The notes: a model not told the origin generated them from the sequence alone. Positions 47,365 through 55,875 are shown, counted from the first letter of the stretch. The stretch is DNA of 64,000 nt from Oscillospiraceae bacterium (GCA_017439555.1 JAFSIZ010000007.1:8187-72186), one strand, 5' to 3'. A program made the numbers and translations.

Positions 47365-47380
47365 TACATGTTCACATGTA
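47365..47380 (-). promoter_or_regulatory. 5'-UTR palindrome TACATGT-N2-ACATGTA
   Basis: Perfect 7-bp arms immediately downstream of the predicted TSS of SBP paralog 2. Confidence 0.4.
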
Positions 47381-47387
47381 TGTATTA

Positions 47388-47416
47388 ATTTTACTAAAAA
47401 TCGACAAATATGTCAA
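47388..47416 (-). promoter_or_regulatory. Sigma-A promoter for SBP paralog 2
   Basis: Minus strand TTGACA (47416-11), 17 nt, TAAAAT (47393-88). Confidence 0.6.
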
Positions 47417-47476
47417 TCTAAATTCCGGCAAACTTCCCAAAGCGCGCAAGATATTACAAAAAAACAGCAAAATTTT

Positions 47477-48010
47477 TCAGATTGCATTTTTCGCATATCC
47501 GACAAGCTCTGCAATCGCAGCTCTGTCCGTCATATCCTCGCTTGTATCACACAGCTTTATAAGAAGCTTTTCCATATCCGTCGGGTTGGTTTTCGCCGTC
47601 ATAATCTTCTTCAGCGTTTTAAGCGCCGCACGATGAGGAAGCGAAAGCTCCTCGATTATCATCTTTCCGGGGAAGTTGAATACTTTTATTTTCGAAAGCA
47701 TTTCGGGCTTGAAATTCTTTTCAACAACAAGCTTATCATAATATTCGCGATATTCCGGAGGAGTCAGCCCCGTTGAAAACACGATAAGCTTTTTCCCTTC
47801 AAGCTTTTCGATATTTTTTGTTATCAGGCTCACACCTGCAATCACCTCGGCATAAAGCCCACCGCCGCAGATTACAGTATCATACGGCAAAAGCGCATCG
47901 ACCTTCATTCCCTTTGCATCGTGCGCCTCACAGCCGAGTTCTTCCGCAATCCATTCGGCATACTGCTTTGTAGAGCCGTATTTCGATCTGTATATTACGA
48001 TTGCGCTCAT
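47477..48010 (-). CDS. Flavodoxin-domain protein
   Basis: IVIYRSKYGSTKQYAEWIA FMN-binding N-terminus. ATG 48010 follows GAGGAGG. Confidence 0.75.
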   Translation of the reverse strand: MSAIVIYRSKYGSTKQYAEWIAEELGCEAHDAKGMKVDALLPYDTVICGGGLYAEVIAGVSLITKNIEKLEGKKLIVFSTGLTPPEYREYYDKLVVEKNFKPEMLSKIKVFNFPGKMIIEELSLPHRAALKTLKKIMTAKTNPTDMEKLLIKLCDTSEDMTDRAAIAELVGYAKNAI

Positions 48011-48040
48011 ATTTTTCCTCCTCATATAAGCTTTGATATT

Positions 48041-48739
48041 TCAGATATTTACTGTCGCGATATGGGGTCTGTGATCGGAGGCGACAATTTCAGGGATATC
48101 TGCCGAAACAACCTCCACATCAGGACTTACAAAAAGATAATCAATTTTCCGCTGAGGATTATCCGAGGGAAAGCTCAGCAAAGGTTTATCAAAGCAGTCT
48201 GCAGTGTCCTTCATTCTCGCTCTTATGGGATTTAAAACCTCATTTTCCGGAACAACATTGAAATCGCCCATGAGAATACATTTTTCATCCTCGAGATTTT
48301 CCACCACAGTCTCCACTGCGTTTTTCTGCTCATCGGGATTTAATCCAAAATGAATTACCAGAACAGTTACTCCACCTTCAAGCTTTGCCTTGAGCAAGCA
48401 ACGTGTTTCATATGTTCCACCTTCTGTTCTTGATTCAGGATCGGGAACAGGGGTTGTTTCTGCGCTCAGTATCGGAAGCTTTGAAAGAAGCGCATTTCCG
48501 TATGAATACTTATCATTGACAACTATTGCTCCGGGAAAATAATGATGCTTAAGCTCTGTCAACTCAGAAAGAATGGCTGCCTGGTTATCATATTCGCTTG
48601 CCGGTGCGCTGTTACGCATTTCATTGAGTCCCACAATATCGGGGTTCACCTTCTTTATTGCATCTGCCATAATCTGATAATCTATTTTCTGCTCAATAAA
48701 ATTAAGACAATGCTGGGTGTTAAAAGACATAATCTTCAT
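48041..48739 (-). CDS. Endonuclease/exonuclease/phosphatase (EEP) family protein
   Basis: MSFNTQH..., LNEM, GDFN and SDHRP catalytic blocks. 232 aa. Confidence 0.8.
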   Translation of the reverse strand: MKIMSFNTQHCLNFIEQKIDYQIMADAIKKVNPDIVGLNEMRNSAPASEYDNQAAILSELTELKHHYFPGAIVVNDKYSYGNALLSKLPILSAETTPVPDPESRTEGGTYETRCLLKAKLEGGVTVLVIHFGLNPDEQKNAVETVVENLEDEKCILMGDFNVVPENEVLNPIRARMKDTADCFDKPLLSFPSDNPQRKIDYLFVSPDVEVVSADIPEIVASDHRPHIATVNI

Positions 48740-48771
48740 TTTTCGTTTCCTCCGTCAAATAGCAATTTTCT

Positions 48772-49695
48772 TTATAATTTGGGCAATGCTCTTATTGCCG
48801 ATTTAAAATCCTCCAAAGTATTCGCCTTTCGTATTGCCTTGATAAGCTTTTTCTCCTCAGGGAAGTTACGACCGGCATATATCCATATTTCCTTCAGCTT
48901 ATGCAAGGTGAAAACATCAGAGCCGAGAACCTTTCTGTATTTCTCCGAAAGTCTCTCGGAAAACTCCACAAGCTCTTCGGTCGAAAGCCTCTCTCCACCT
49001 CGGATTTCTCTGAAAAGCGCAGGATTCATAACAGCCCCTCTGCCGAGCATCACACCTGAAACATCCGGGAACTGCTCTGAAATCTTTTCATAATCCTTCA
49101 CCATACAGATATCTCCGTTATAGCAAAGGGGATTTTTTGATATATTATATGCAAAAGCAAAGCTTTCAAGACTTGCACTTCCGTTATAGAGCTCTTCCCT
49201 TGTTCTCGGATGAACGGTAAGCTCAGAAACAGGATAGCGGTTATAGATTTCCATAAGGCGCGCAAACTCATCGTGAACCGAATATCCGACGCGCGTTTTG
49301 ACGGAAATTTTCATATCACTTTCCGAAAATATTTTATGAAAGAATTCATCCATCGCATCCGGATATTGCAGAAAGCCGGAGCCTCTGCCCTTTCGCACAA
49401 CAGTGCCTGCAGGGCATCCGATGTTGATGTTGATTTCATAATATCCAAGCGACTTTATTTTTTCGCAGAATTTCAAAAAGGATTCTGCATTTGAGGTAAG
49501 CACCTGTACTTTGAGCTTTTCTGTGGTATCATTTTCGGGAAGAATATCACGCATCCCCTTGCGGCTCACCTTTTCAAGGTCGCTCGGATTTATAAAAGGC
49601 GCAAAATACGCATCCACGCCTCCGAACATTTCGGCGTGAGTGTTTCTGAAGGTATATGTGGTTATCCCCTCGAGCGGAGCAAAATAAAGCTTCAT
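48772..49695 (-). CDS. tRNA-dihydrouridine synthase family protein
   Basis: YFAPLEGITTYTFR N-terminus, TIM-barrel Dus pattern, NIGCPAGTVVRKGRGSG. Confidence 0.75.
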   Translation of the reverse strand: MKLYFAPLEGITTYTFRNTHAEMFGGVDAYFAPFINPSDLEKVSRKGMRDILPENDTTEKLKVQVLTSNAESFLKFCEKIKSLGYYEININIGCPAGTVVRKGRGSGFLQYPDAMDEFFHKIFSESDMKISVKTRVGYSVHDEFARLMEIYNRYPVSELTVHPRTREELYNGSASLESFAFAYNISKNPLCYNGDICMVKDYEKISEQFPDVSGVMLGRGAVMNPALFREIRGGERLSTEELVEFSERLSEKYRKVLGSDVFTLHKLKEIWIYAGRNFPEEKKLIKAIRKANTLEDFKSAIRALPKL

Positions 49696-50228
49696 TTATT
49701 CCCTCTTCTTATGTAGTATACAGTGTCAATTCCCGGTCCTCTGTCATCTTTAAGGGTTGCATAAAGCTCGAAACCGTGTTTTTCAAGCACGTGGAGATGG
49801 GCAGCATTGCCCGACCAGGTTCTTGTCGCAACATTCTTTCCGGGATTTTCATCGATTATCGCCTGATAAAACCGCTGCATAGCGCCGTGACCGCGACATT
49901 CCGGAGTTACTATTGCAGTGCTTGCATACTCAGCAACAAAGCTTTCATATCCCTCAACATCGACAACGTGGTCCGGTATGTATGACATAAAACCTACTAT
50001 TTTCCGATCAAGAAGTGCAAGCACGAATTTATAGTTCAGTATTTCATTGAAATATACTACAGGTCCTTCTTCGTTAAGCTCGAGTATTCCGCTCGGTATC
50101 TTTTTGAATGCGCTGTTTCTCGCAGAAAGAGGTGGGATAAACTCGCGGTCATAAGCCTTGAGAAGCTCCCATATCCCCTTTTTCTGTTCCTCATCAAGCA
50201 CATCCACGGAAACGATTTCCAATTCCAT
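49692..50228 (-). CDS. GNAT-family N-acetyltransferase
   Basis: Acetyl-CoA loop VTPECRGHGAMQRFY. ATGA overlap with the dus start. Confidence 0.75.
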   Translation of the reverse strand: MELEIVSVDVLDEEQKKGIWELLKAYDREFIPPLSARNSAFKKIPSGILELNEEGPVVYFNEILNYKFVLALLDRKIVGFMSYIPDHVVDVEGYESFVAEYASTAIVTPECRGHGAMQRFYQAIIDENPGKNVATRTWSGNAAHLHVLEKHGFELYATLKDDRGPGIDTVYYIRRGNK

Positions 50229-50243
50229 ATTGCTTCCTCCATT

Positions 50244-50813
50244 CTATGCAATAGCTTTTTGTTTTTTCAGAAGTCTTTCAATTCTCGGTCGGTTATATCG
50301 CTGAATAACGATGAACTGCGCATCAAAAAGCATCGCCGCAAATGCGGTTATAGCGAATATCCAAAGCTCACCCCACAACAGCGCAAACAAAAGCGTGGTA
50401 AGCGATATGAGCTCGTTTATCCAGTGATCGCATTCCGCCTTTGACATTGTATTCGCGACTTCTTCGAGCGAATAGTCGCGCAGTGAGAAAAGCTCGGGGT
50501 TATATGTCAGCGCCTTGTCCTTCCATTTTTTCACGCGAAGCAGTTCATAGAGCCGCTTTTCAAACGGAAGCGGACGGAACCATCTTTGCGTATGCTTTAT
50601 TTTGAAAAGCTTTGTGACGTTGCCCATAATGAGGCGAAGCCATAGGTGATACATCGCAGTGAAGCAGGTCACACCTATCCACAAGACTGCTCCGTTTTTT
50701 GTTATATTGCCATAATAGAGCGTAAATGTGACCGCCGCCGTTATTGCACACACGGCAATCACGCAATACATAAATATCGCAGGCCCGCTCGGCCTTGTCT
50801 TTTTCATATTCAT
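50244..50813 (-). CDS. CrtO-like membrane acyltransferase family protein (glycosyl-4,4'-diaponeurosporenoate acyltransferase family)
   Basis: VKKWKDK and IVIQRYNRPRIERLL closely echo S. aureus CrtO as I recall it. 4 TM. Confidence 0.55.
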   Translation of the reverse strand: MNMKKTRPSGPAIFMYCVIAVCAITAAVTFTLYYGNITKNGAVLWIGVTCFTAMYHLWLRLIMGNVTKLFKIKHTQRWFRPLPFEKRLYELLRVKKWKDKALTYNPELFSLRDYSLEEVANTMSKAECDHWINELISLTTLLFALLWGELWIFAITAFAAMLFDAQFIVIQRYNRPRIERLLKKQKAIA

Positions 50814-52021
50814 GCCCGAAGCTTATCCTTTGCGGCATTGACCGTGAGCGCATAGGCGCTGTTGCAGAGGCCGAGTATTGCCGAAAGTATGAAAAGGAGC
50901 TCGATTCCGAGCGCATACCATATCCAGCCGCCGAAAAGCGCAATGAAGATCGTTATGACGTGGTTTATCGAAACGCCCGTTGAAATCGTTGCCTTGACCT
51001 CTTCCTCCGTGTCGGACAGATCCTGGACATAGAGGTTTGACGCCATTGATGCAAGGGATATAATCGCATCGAGGATATAGTTTATGCAACAGACGATGAA
51101 TGCAATATGCATCGGGAACAGACGGTGTGCAAAGCCATAGAAGAAGCATACCACGACGAGGATGATCGTGTCTGCAACCATAACCACCTTATAGCCAAGC
51201 TTATCTATGATCCTTCCTATAAGCGGTGAACACAAGAAGCAAGCTATTGCAGAAACTGCAAAAAGAAGGCTCATTGTTGCGGCATCTGCGCCGTATTGCT
51301 TGACGAGAACGAACGGCCCGAAGGTGAGGAACACCTGCTTTCTCGCACCGTAGAACATTTCAAGCATATAGTATTTCATATATTTTTTGTGGAAATAAAG
51401 GCGGCGTTTGTTCTTGTCTGTCTCGCTCTTTCCGCTTATCTTCATCGAGAAGAAAAGGCTTATCGCAGCGAGCGCCGCCGCAACATAGAAAAAGACGGTG
51501 TATCTGCCGTTGCCCGACATAAACGTGAATGCGAGTATTATGACGAGATAACCGAGAAGCGTTCCTATCTGGTTTACGGAGGTCTGCGCACCGAGCGCCG
51601 CGCCGCCGTTGCCTTGCTTTGCATATTTGAGCGAAAGTGTGCTCTTCATTCCTATCTGAATATGCTCGCCGACGGAATACATACAGAGCGCAAGCGTTGC
51701 GATGATTTTCGTCTGCGGAAGAGCCGCGTGCATAAGCATACCGACGAGCATTATGAGAGCGCCTGCCTTATAGAGGCTCTCTGCCGACAGCATATAGAAC
51801 GCCGCGAGAATGAAGACGAGAAGAATCCCCGGAAGCTCGCGGAAGAATTCTGTCACGCCCTTGCCGCGCTCCGCTATCTGCACAACATCGACGAGGAAGT
51901 TATCAAACATTCCTTTATAAATACCGTAAGAAATGCCCGTTATGAGAACGGAAAGCAAAAACATTTTAAAGCCCGAGTTTTCCTCAAAGACTCCTTTGAT
52001 TTTCAGAATTGGATTTTTCAT
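50810..52021 (-). CDS. MFS transporter
   Basis: 403 aa with a roughly 12-TM profile. ATGA overlap with the downstream gene. Confidence 0.75.
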   Translation of the reverse strand: MKNPILKIKGVFEENSGFKMFLLSVLITGISYGIYKGMFDNFLVDVVQIAERGKGVTEFFRELPGILLVFILAAFYMLSAESLYKAGALIMLVGMLMHAALPQTKIIATLALCMYSVGEHIQIGMKSTLSLKYAKQGNGGAALGAQTSVNQIGTLLGYLVIILAFTFMSGNGRYTVFFYVAAALAAISLFFSMKISGKSETDKNKRRLYFHKKYMKYYMLEMFYGARKQVFLTFGPFVLVKQYGADAATMSLLFAVSAIACFLCSPLIGRIIDKLGYKVVMVADTIILVVVCFFYGFAHRLFPMHIAFIVCCINYILDAIISLASMASNLYVQDLSDTEEEVKATISTGVSINHVITIFIALFGGWIWYALGIELLFILSAILGLCNSAYALTVNAAKDKLRA

Positions 52022-52036
52022 ATATCTTTATACCTC

Positions 52037-52570
52037 TTACATTATATTCTGTATTATCATCTCAAAAAGACCGGCAGGCATCAAAAAAGTATATGGTGCC
52101 GTTACTATTGAAAGAACAAGTGCCAATTTCTTTTGAATTTCTTCCGGAATGTCCGTTTTTGAAAAACTGTGCTTTTTGTTGAATCGATATATATAATATC
52201 CCGCAACCGCGATTCCCAAAGCGGTTATTATAAATGCAAAAACATTACCAAACGGATTGTAATCCACATTCAATCTTATATCATTAAGATAACTTATGTC
52301 GAAAATTTCTGTGGCAATCGTCAGAAGCGTGCTTGAAACAAAAATAAATGCCACACCGATCAAGTCTGCGAGGAAACCATATCCCCACACCTTCCAAATC
52401 GTCTTTTTATGCTTCTTTATGATTTCGTTTGCATTAAGTTTCCATGCCGTTATAATCACTACCAATGAATCGATTATCAAATTCAACACTGCCGCAACGA
52501 TCACAAACGGCGGCAATAACCACATCAGCCAAAAAGGAAAAATCAGATTATACAGTCTGCCTTTTTTCAT
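52037..52570 (-). CDS. Hypothetical membrane protein
   Basis: 177 aa, 4-5 hydrophobic helices, AAGAGG RBS, AT-rich. No family recognised. Confidence 0.55.
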   Translation of the reverse strand: MKKGRLYNLIFPFWLMWLLPPFVIVAAVLNLIIDSLVVIITAWKLNANEIIKKHKKTIWKVWGYGFLADLIGVAFIFVSSTLLTIATEIFDISYLNDIRLNVDYNPFGNVFAFIITALGIAVAGYYIYRFNKKHSFSKTDIPEEIQKKLALVLSIVTAPYTFLMPAGLFEMIIQNIM

Positions 52571-52582
52571 AACAACAACCTC

Positions 52583-53455
52583 TTACACTTTCTTTTTGTC
52601 ACTTAACTGAATGAATATACCGAGGACGATTACGCCGAGACCGAGAAGTGAATTGATGTTGAATGGCTCACGAAGGACAAGAGTTGTCCACACAAGCGAG
52701 AGAAACGGCGTTATGTAGGCAAGATTGGAAATTTTTGCCGTGTCGCCGATTTTCAATGCGATTGCCCAGAAGGTAAATGCGATTGCATTCGTGAATATTC
52801 CCATCCACGCAAGCCCCGCCGTCTGCACGAGATCAAGGCGAATGCTTCCTTTTGTCGCGATGATATAGATGAGACCGACAACCGTCGCCGCAAAATAGAA
52901 TATCATCATACTGAAATATTTGTCATAGTCAACCTTTTTATTGAGCGAGGAGAATAGTCCGTAGGACACGGCGGCGATGACGCAGAATGCCGCACCCGTC
53001 AACGTATCCTTTCCGATTGCGAGAAGATTTCCGTTTGCCGTCACGATGATGACACCTGCAAACGAGAGAAGAATTGCAACCGTCTTTCGCGCCGTCATCT
53101 TTTCGCCGAGCAGGAAGCACGCCGACACGACCGACATTATCGGCCAGAGGTAGTTTATAATAAACGCCTGCGATGCGTCCATACGGTCGATTCCCATATA
53201 GAGGAACAGATGGTATATGAATATGCCGAGAATCCCTATCCCCGACATTTTGAGATAGTCGAGCGGCTTGAAGCTCTTAAAAAGCTTCATATTACCCTTG
53301 AAAATGTTTGTGATAAGCAGATAAAGAAATGCAAAGCAGGAGCTTAGAAAAGTTATCTGCATACTGTCAAGGCTTCCGAGCAAAAGCTTAGAAATTGTCG
53401 CAATGGTTGACCAGCAAAGTATGGCAAACCCTGCATATATGTATTCTTTTTTCAT
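52583..53455 (-). CDS. EamA/DMT-family transporter
   Basis: 10-TM duplicated EamA pattern. ATG 53455 is preceded by AAGGAG; the track's 24-aa extension was rejected. Confidence 0.8.
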   Translation of the reverse strand: MKKEYIYAGFAILCWSTIATISKLLLGSLDSMQITFLSSCFAFLYLLITNIFKGNMKLFKSFKPLDYLKMSGIGILGIFIYHLFLYMGIDRMDASQAFIINYLWPIMSVVSACFLLGEKMTARKTVAILLSFAGVIIVTANGNLLAIGKDTLTGAAFCVIAAVSYGLFSSLNKKVDYDKYFSMMIFYFAATVVGLIYIIATKGSIRLDLVQTAGLAWMGIFTNAIAFTFWAIALKIGDTAKISNLAYITPFLSLVWTTLVLREPFNINSLLGLGVIVLGIFIQLSDKKKV

Positions 53456-53468
53456 TGGTATTCTCCTT
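53384..53468. repeat. Direct repeat copy A (85 bp): RBS + first 24 codons of the intact EamA gene
   Basis: Identical base-for-base to 54853-54937 by manual alignment. Confidence 0.95.
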
Positions 53469-53554
53469 TGTGGTGAGCGAATCGATGATAATGCACCTCG
53501 TAAACACACAAACTGCACTTCTGGCATTCACTTCATATTGATAGTACGCTGTAT

Positions 53555-54766
53555 CTATTCTGCAATCAGATAAATCATTTTATCATCAAAACAAATGCTT
53601 GCTGTATGATTATAAATTTGAATCATATCTTCCATCCTATCTATAAATACACGCGTTTCCGGATTGCTTATTTCAGCAAACGCAGCAATTACACTCATTT
53701 CAATCTCTTTTGCATTTGATTCTATATTATTGCCGCTATCTGCCAAAAATTCATCGACTTTACCTTCCTTTACAAAAGGAATGCTCCCAATGAGTTTTCC
53801 GACAGCTTTGCTTGCAGTTCCAATTCCTTTAAGTATATTTGTTTCAACAGAGACTTCGCTTATTTTTTCAAGATGAATCGAGCATTTATCAAACAAATCT
53901 CTATATGCCGAGGAGAGATTTTCGATTTCTTTTCTGATTCCAGCAATATATTCTTCATCGAAATTACCACTCAGCATAATTTCCATCATAGATGCCATCG
54001 AAAATATATACAAAGAAAGTCTGTAATATTTAAACTTTTTCAGCAGCTCCTCAAGTGTTGATTTCACCCGACTTTGTACTACTACAAACTTCTTTGAGCC
54101 GAGCATCTCCACAACCTTTTTCTGATAAACGTTTATATTCTTGCGTGCAGTTCTTTGAATATCCAACACCAACTTGTGATTACTTGCTACGAAATGCGCA
54201 TTGTCCCAATTCAGCTTATACTTTGAAATGATGTTACATAGCGTTTCAACATCCGCTTCTATTTCAGATTCTTTTTCGATTTCCAAGAAGGAAAGTATTC
54301 GCTTCTGCATTTTTTCGATTTCACCAAGCTTCTGTTCAATCGAGAATAACGCAACAGCCATCATCATTGTCGCCGGATTAATTGCAGCTACAGACTGCGT
54401 TGTTGCAGACAAAGGTTCAGCAGGCTGTAGCTGTACGGCCTTTGATGTACCATCTGCCTTTTTTAGCCATCCCCATAAATTACCGTTTTTAGCAACTTTC
54501 AACGTATCCGTAGCCGCTTTATTTGCTACTCTATAAAGACCAGATGTATTTATAATTGTAGTTTGCGTAACAGTTCTGAGGGCTGGAATCAATGACGAAA
54601 CACCTGCACCAAGTGTAGCCAACTCCGCAATAGGAATACTTAATGTTTTCTGTTCTGAAATCTCTCTACGAGCTTCAAATAACAACCCATCAGCTATTTC
54701 TAATATACTTTTGTCTACTTCCGGCTGTGTAAGTTGTGGATCAGGTATCTCAATAATTTCTGTCAT
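53555..54766 (-). CDS. Hypothetical 403-aa protein, cargo of the repeat-flanked insert
   Basis: Uninterrupted ORF. GGGAGGGGA RBS is best spaced for ATG 54766. Predicted mostly helical with two hydrophobic stretches. No domain recognised. Confidence 0.7.
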   Translation of the reverse strand: MTEIIEIPDPQLTQPEVDKSILEIADGLLFEARREISEQKTLSIPIAELATLGAGVSSLIPALRTVTQTTIINTSGLYRVANKAATDTLKVAKNGNLWGWLKKADGTSKAVQLQPAEPLSATTQSVAAINPATMMMAVALFSIEQKLGEIEKMQKRILSFLEIEKESEIEADVETLCNIISKYKLNWDNAHFVASNHKLVLDIQRTARKNINVYQKKVVEMLGSKKFVVVQSRVKSTLEELLKKFKYYRLSLYIFSMASMMEIMLSGNFDEEYIAGIRKEIENLSSAYRDLFDKCSIHLEKISEVSVETNILKGIGTASKAVGKLIGSIPFVKEGKVDEFLADSGNNIESNAKEIEMSVIAAFAEISNPETRVFIDRMEDMIQIYNHTASICFDDKMIYLIAE

Positions 54767-54828
54767 AAACATTCCCCTCCCAAAGTACGTTTCACTATAA
54801 TCTATCTATTCATTCCGATAGAACAGTA

Positions 54829-54924
54829 TCAACCTCTTGTCTTGCGTTTCAGAAGCTTAGAAATTGTCGCAATGGTTGACCAGCAAAGTATGGCAAACCC
54901 TGCATATATGTATTCTTTTTTCAT
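54829..54924 (-). pseudogene. Duplicated 5' fragment of the EamA gene (31 codons, then stop)
   Basis: MKKEYIYAGFAILCWSTIATISKL is identical to the real N-terminus, then diverges (LKRKTRG, stop). It keeps the AAGGAG RBS. Confidence 0.8.
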
Positions 54925-54937
54925 TGGTATTCTCCTT
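54853..54937. repeat. Direct repeat copy B (85 bp)
   Basis: Identical to 53384-53468. Three further bases match with one mismatch (cag vs caa). Confidence 0.95.
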
Positions 54938-54972
54938 GGATTTTATTCTGTCACATATTTTCGGTTATATAT

Positions 54973-55860
54973 TCATCCTTCCTGTCCTATTGCCAACACA
55001 AAAGGCGAAGAGTAGTCCACATCTCCAACGGCAAACGATGTGATGCCCAAGCTACCTTCAAACGGAGCTTCAAAGTTTCCGTGAGATACTCCGCTGATAG
55101 CTCCATCCTTTGTCAGCGCATACACAGAGTATCCGAAATTCCCGTCAAGGCGCTTTGTCGGCAACGAAGCTTCTCCGCATGAAACACCTTTGATTTTCCC
55201 GGTTCTGTATTCCGACACTGTTCCGTCGCGATGGACAAGATACAGCTCCTCACATTCGCTTCCAGTCGGGAAAACATCAACAATATCGGAAAAATCATCA
55301 AGATTTTTATATTTTTCTCTGCAGTTTGCACCTGCACACAAAACTTTTCCTTCTTCGGTTATTCCGAATATGGAGTTCTGCGTCCCCGTGACGATCCGTC
55401 TAATTTCCTTCCATGACAAAACCTCGCTGTAATCCTTGCGGCAATAATCACCAAGCGCGGCATAATGAACATTCCCGTCACCGTCAAGCGCAAAGAGAGA
55501 ATCAGATGCTTCTACCTGCACAATATTTTTCCATTCCTTGACAGCGGCGTTCAGAGCTTCAAAAAAAGTTCCCGTGACTTCACACATAAAACGCGCCGCA
55601 CGCTTTGCAATAAGGCAGGTTCCGTCCTCAACAAGACCTATAGCCAATCCATCCGCCCACTTGCTTATCGAAATTTGATTTACTCTCGTCCAATATTCGG
55701 TTCTTGCCGCCTTTGATTCGTCTTTTATTTTCTGCAATACAGCCCCATCGTCGGTAATTGCCATTATACAGCCTGTACCTGCATAAACACTTTTTATAGG
55801 AAACTTTTCCCAATCACTCATATCAAAAGGCATATTGGATGTATAAAGAAGTTTTTTCAT
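54973..55860 (-). CDS. RCC1-like beta-propeller repeat protein
   Basis: Six to seven repeats of the pattern hydrophobic-A/G-x-G-...-L-x-x-DG-x-V (AITDDGAVL, LVEDGTCL, ALDGDGNV, GITEEGKVL, VHRDGTV, ALTKDGAI). No signal peptide. Confidence 0.55.
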   Translation of the reverse strand: MKKLLYTSNMPFDMSDWEKFPIKSVYAGTGCIMAITDDGAVLQKIKDESKAARTEYWTRVNQISISKWADGLAIGLVEDGTCLIAKRAARFMCEVTGTFFEALNAAVKEWKNIVQVEASDSLFALDGDGNVHYAALGDYCRKDYSEVLSWKEIRRIVTGTQNSIFGITEEGKVLCAGANCREKYKNLDDFSDIVDVFPTGSECEELYLVHRDGTVSEYRTGKIKGVSCGEASLPTKRLDGNFGYSVYALTKDGAISGVSHGNFEAPFEGSLGITSFAVGDVDYSSPFVLAIGQEG

Positions 55861-55875
55861 ATTCGTCTCCCATCT

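Larger units (their letters stand above)
53469..54937 (-). mobile_element. Putative integrated 1,469-bp unit (1,384 bp unique + one 85-bp repeat), with no recombinase gene
   Basis: Bounded by perfect 85-bp direct repeats. The cargo is AT-rich (15/60 and 22/60 GC in two sampled lines) versus 30/60 in the adjacent EamA gene. Confidence 0.5.

Noticed and set aside
52583-53527. Track-suggested N-terminal extensions (EamA to 53527, DegV to 33997, yqfC to 62297, AraC to 26404, ACP to 14645, ylmH-like to 44877)
   Set aside because: In each case an internal ATG with a well-spaced GGAGG-type RBS coincides with the family-typical N-terminus. The extensions run through promoter or terminator sequence.
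54734-55015. 93-aa plus-strand ORF spanning repeat copy B
   Set aside because: It is antisense to the duplicated transporter leader, has no RBS, and is explained by the repeat itself.
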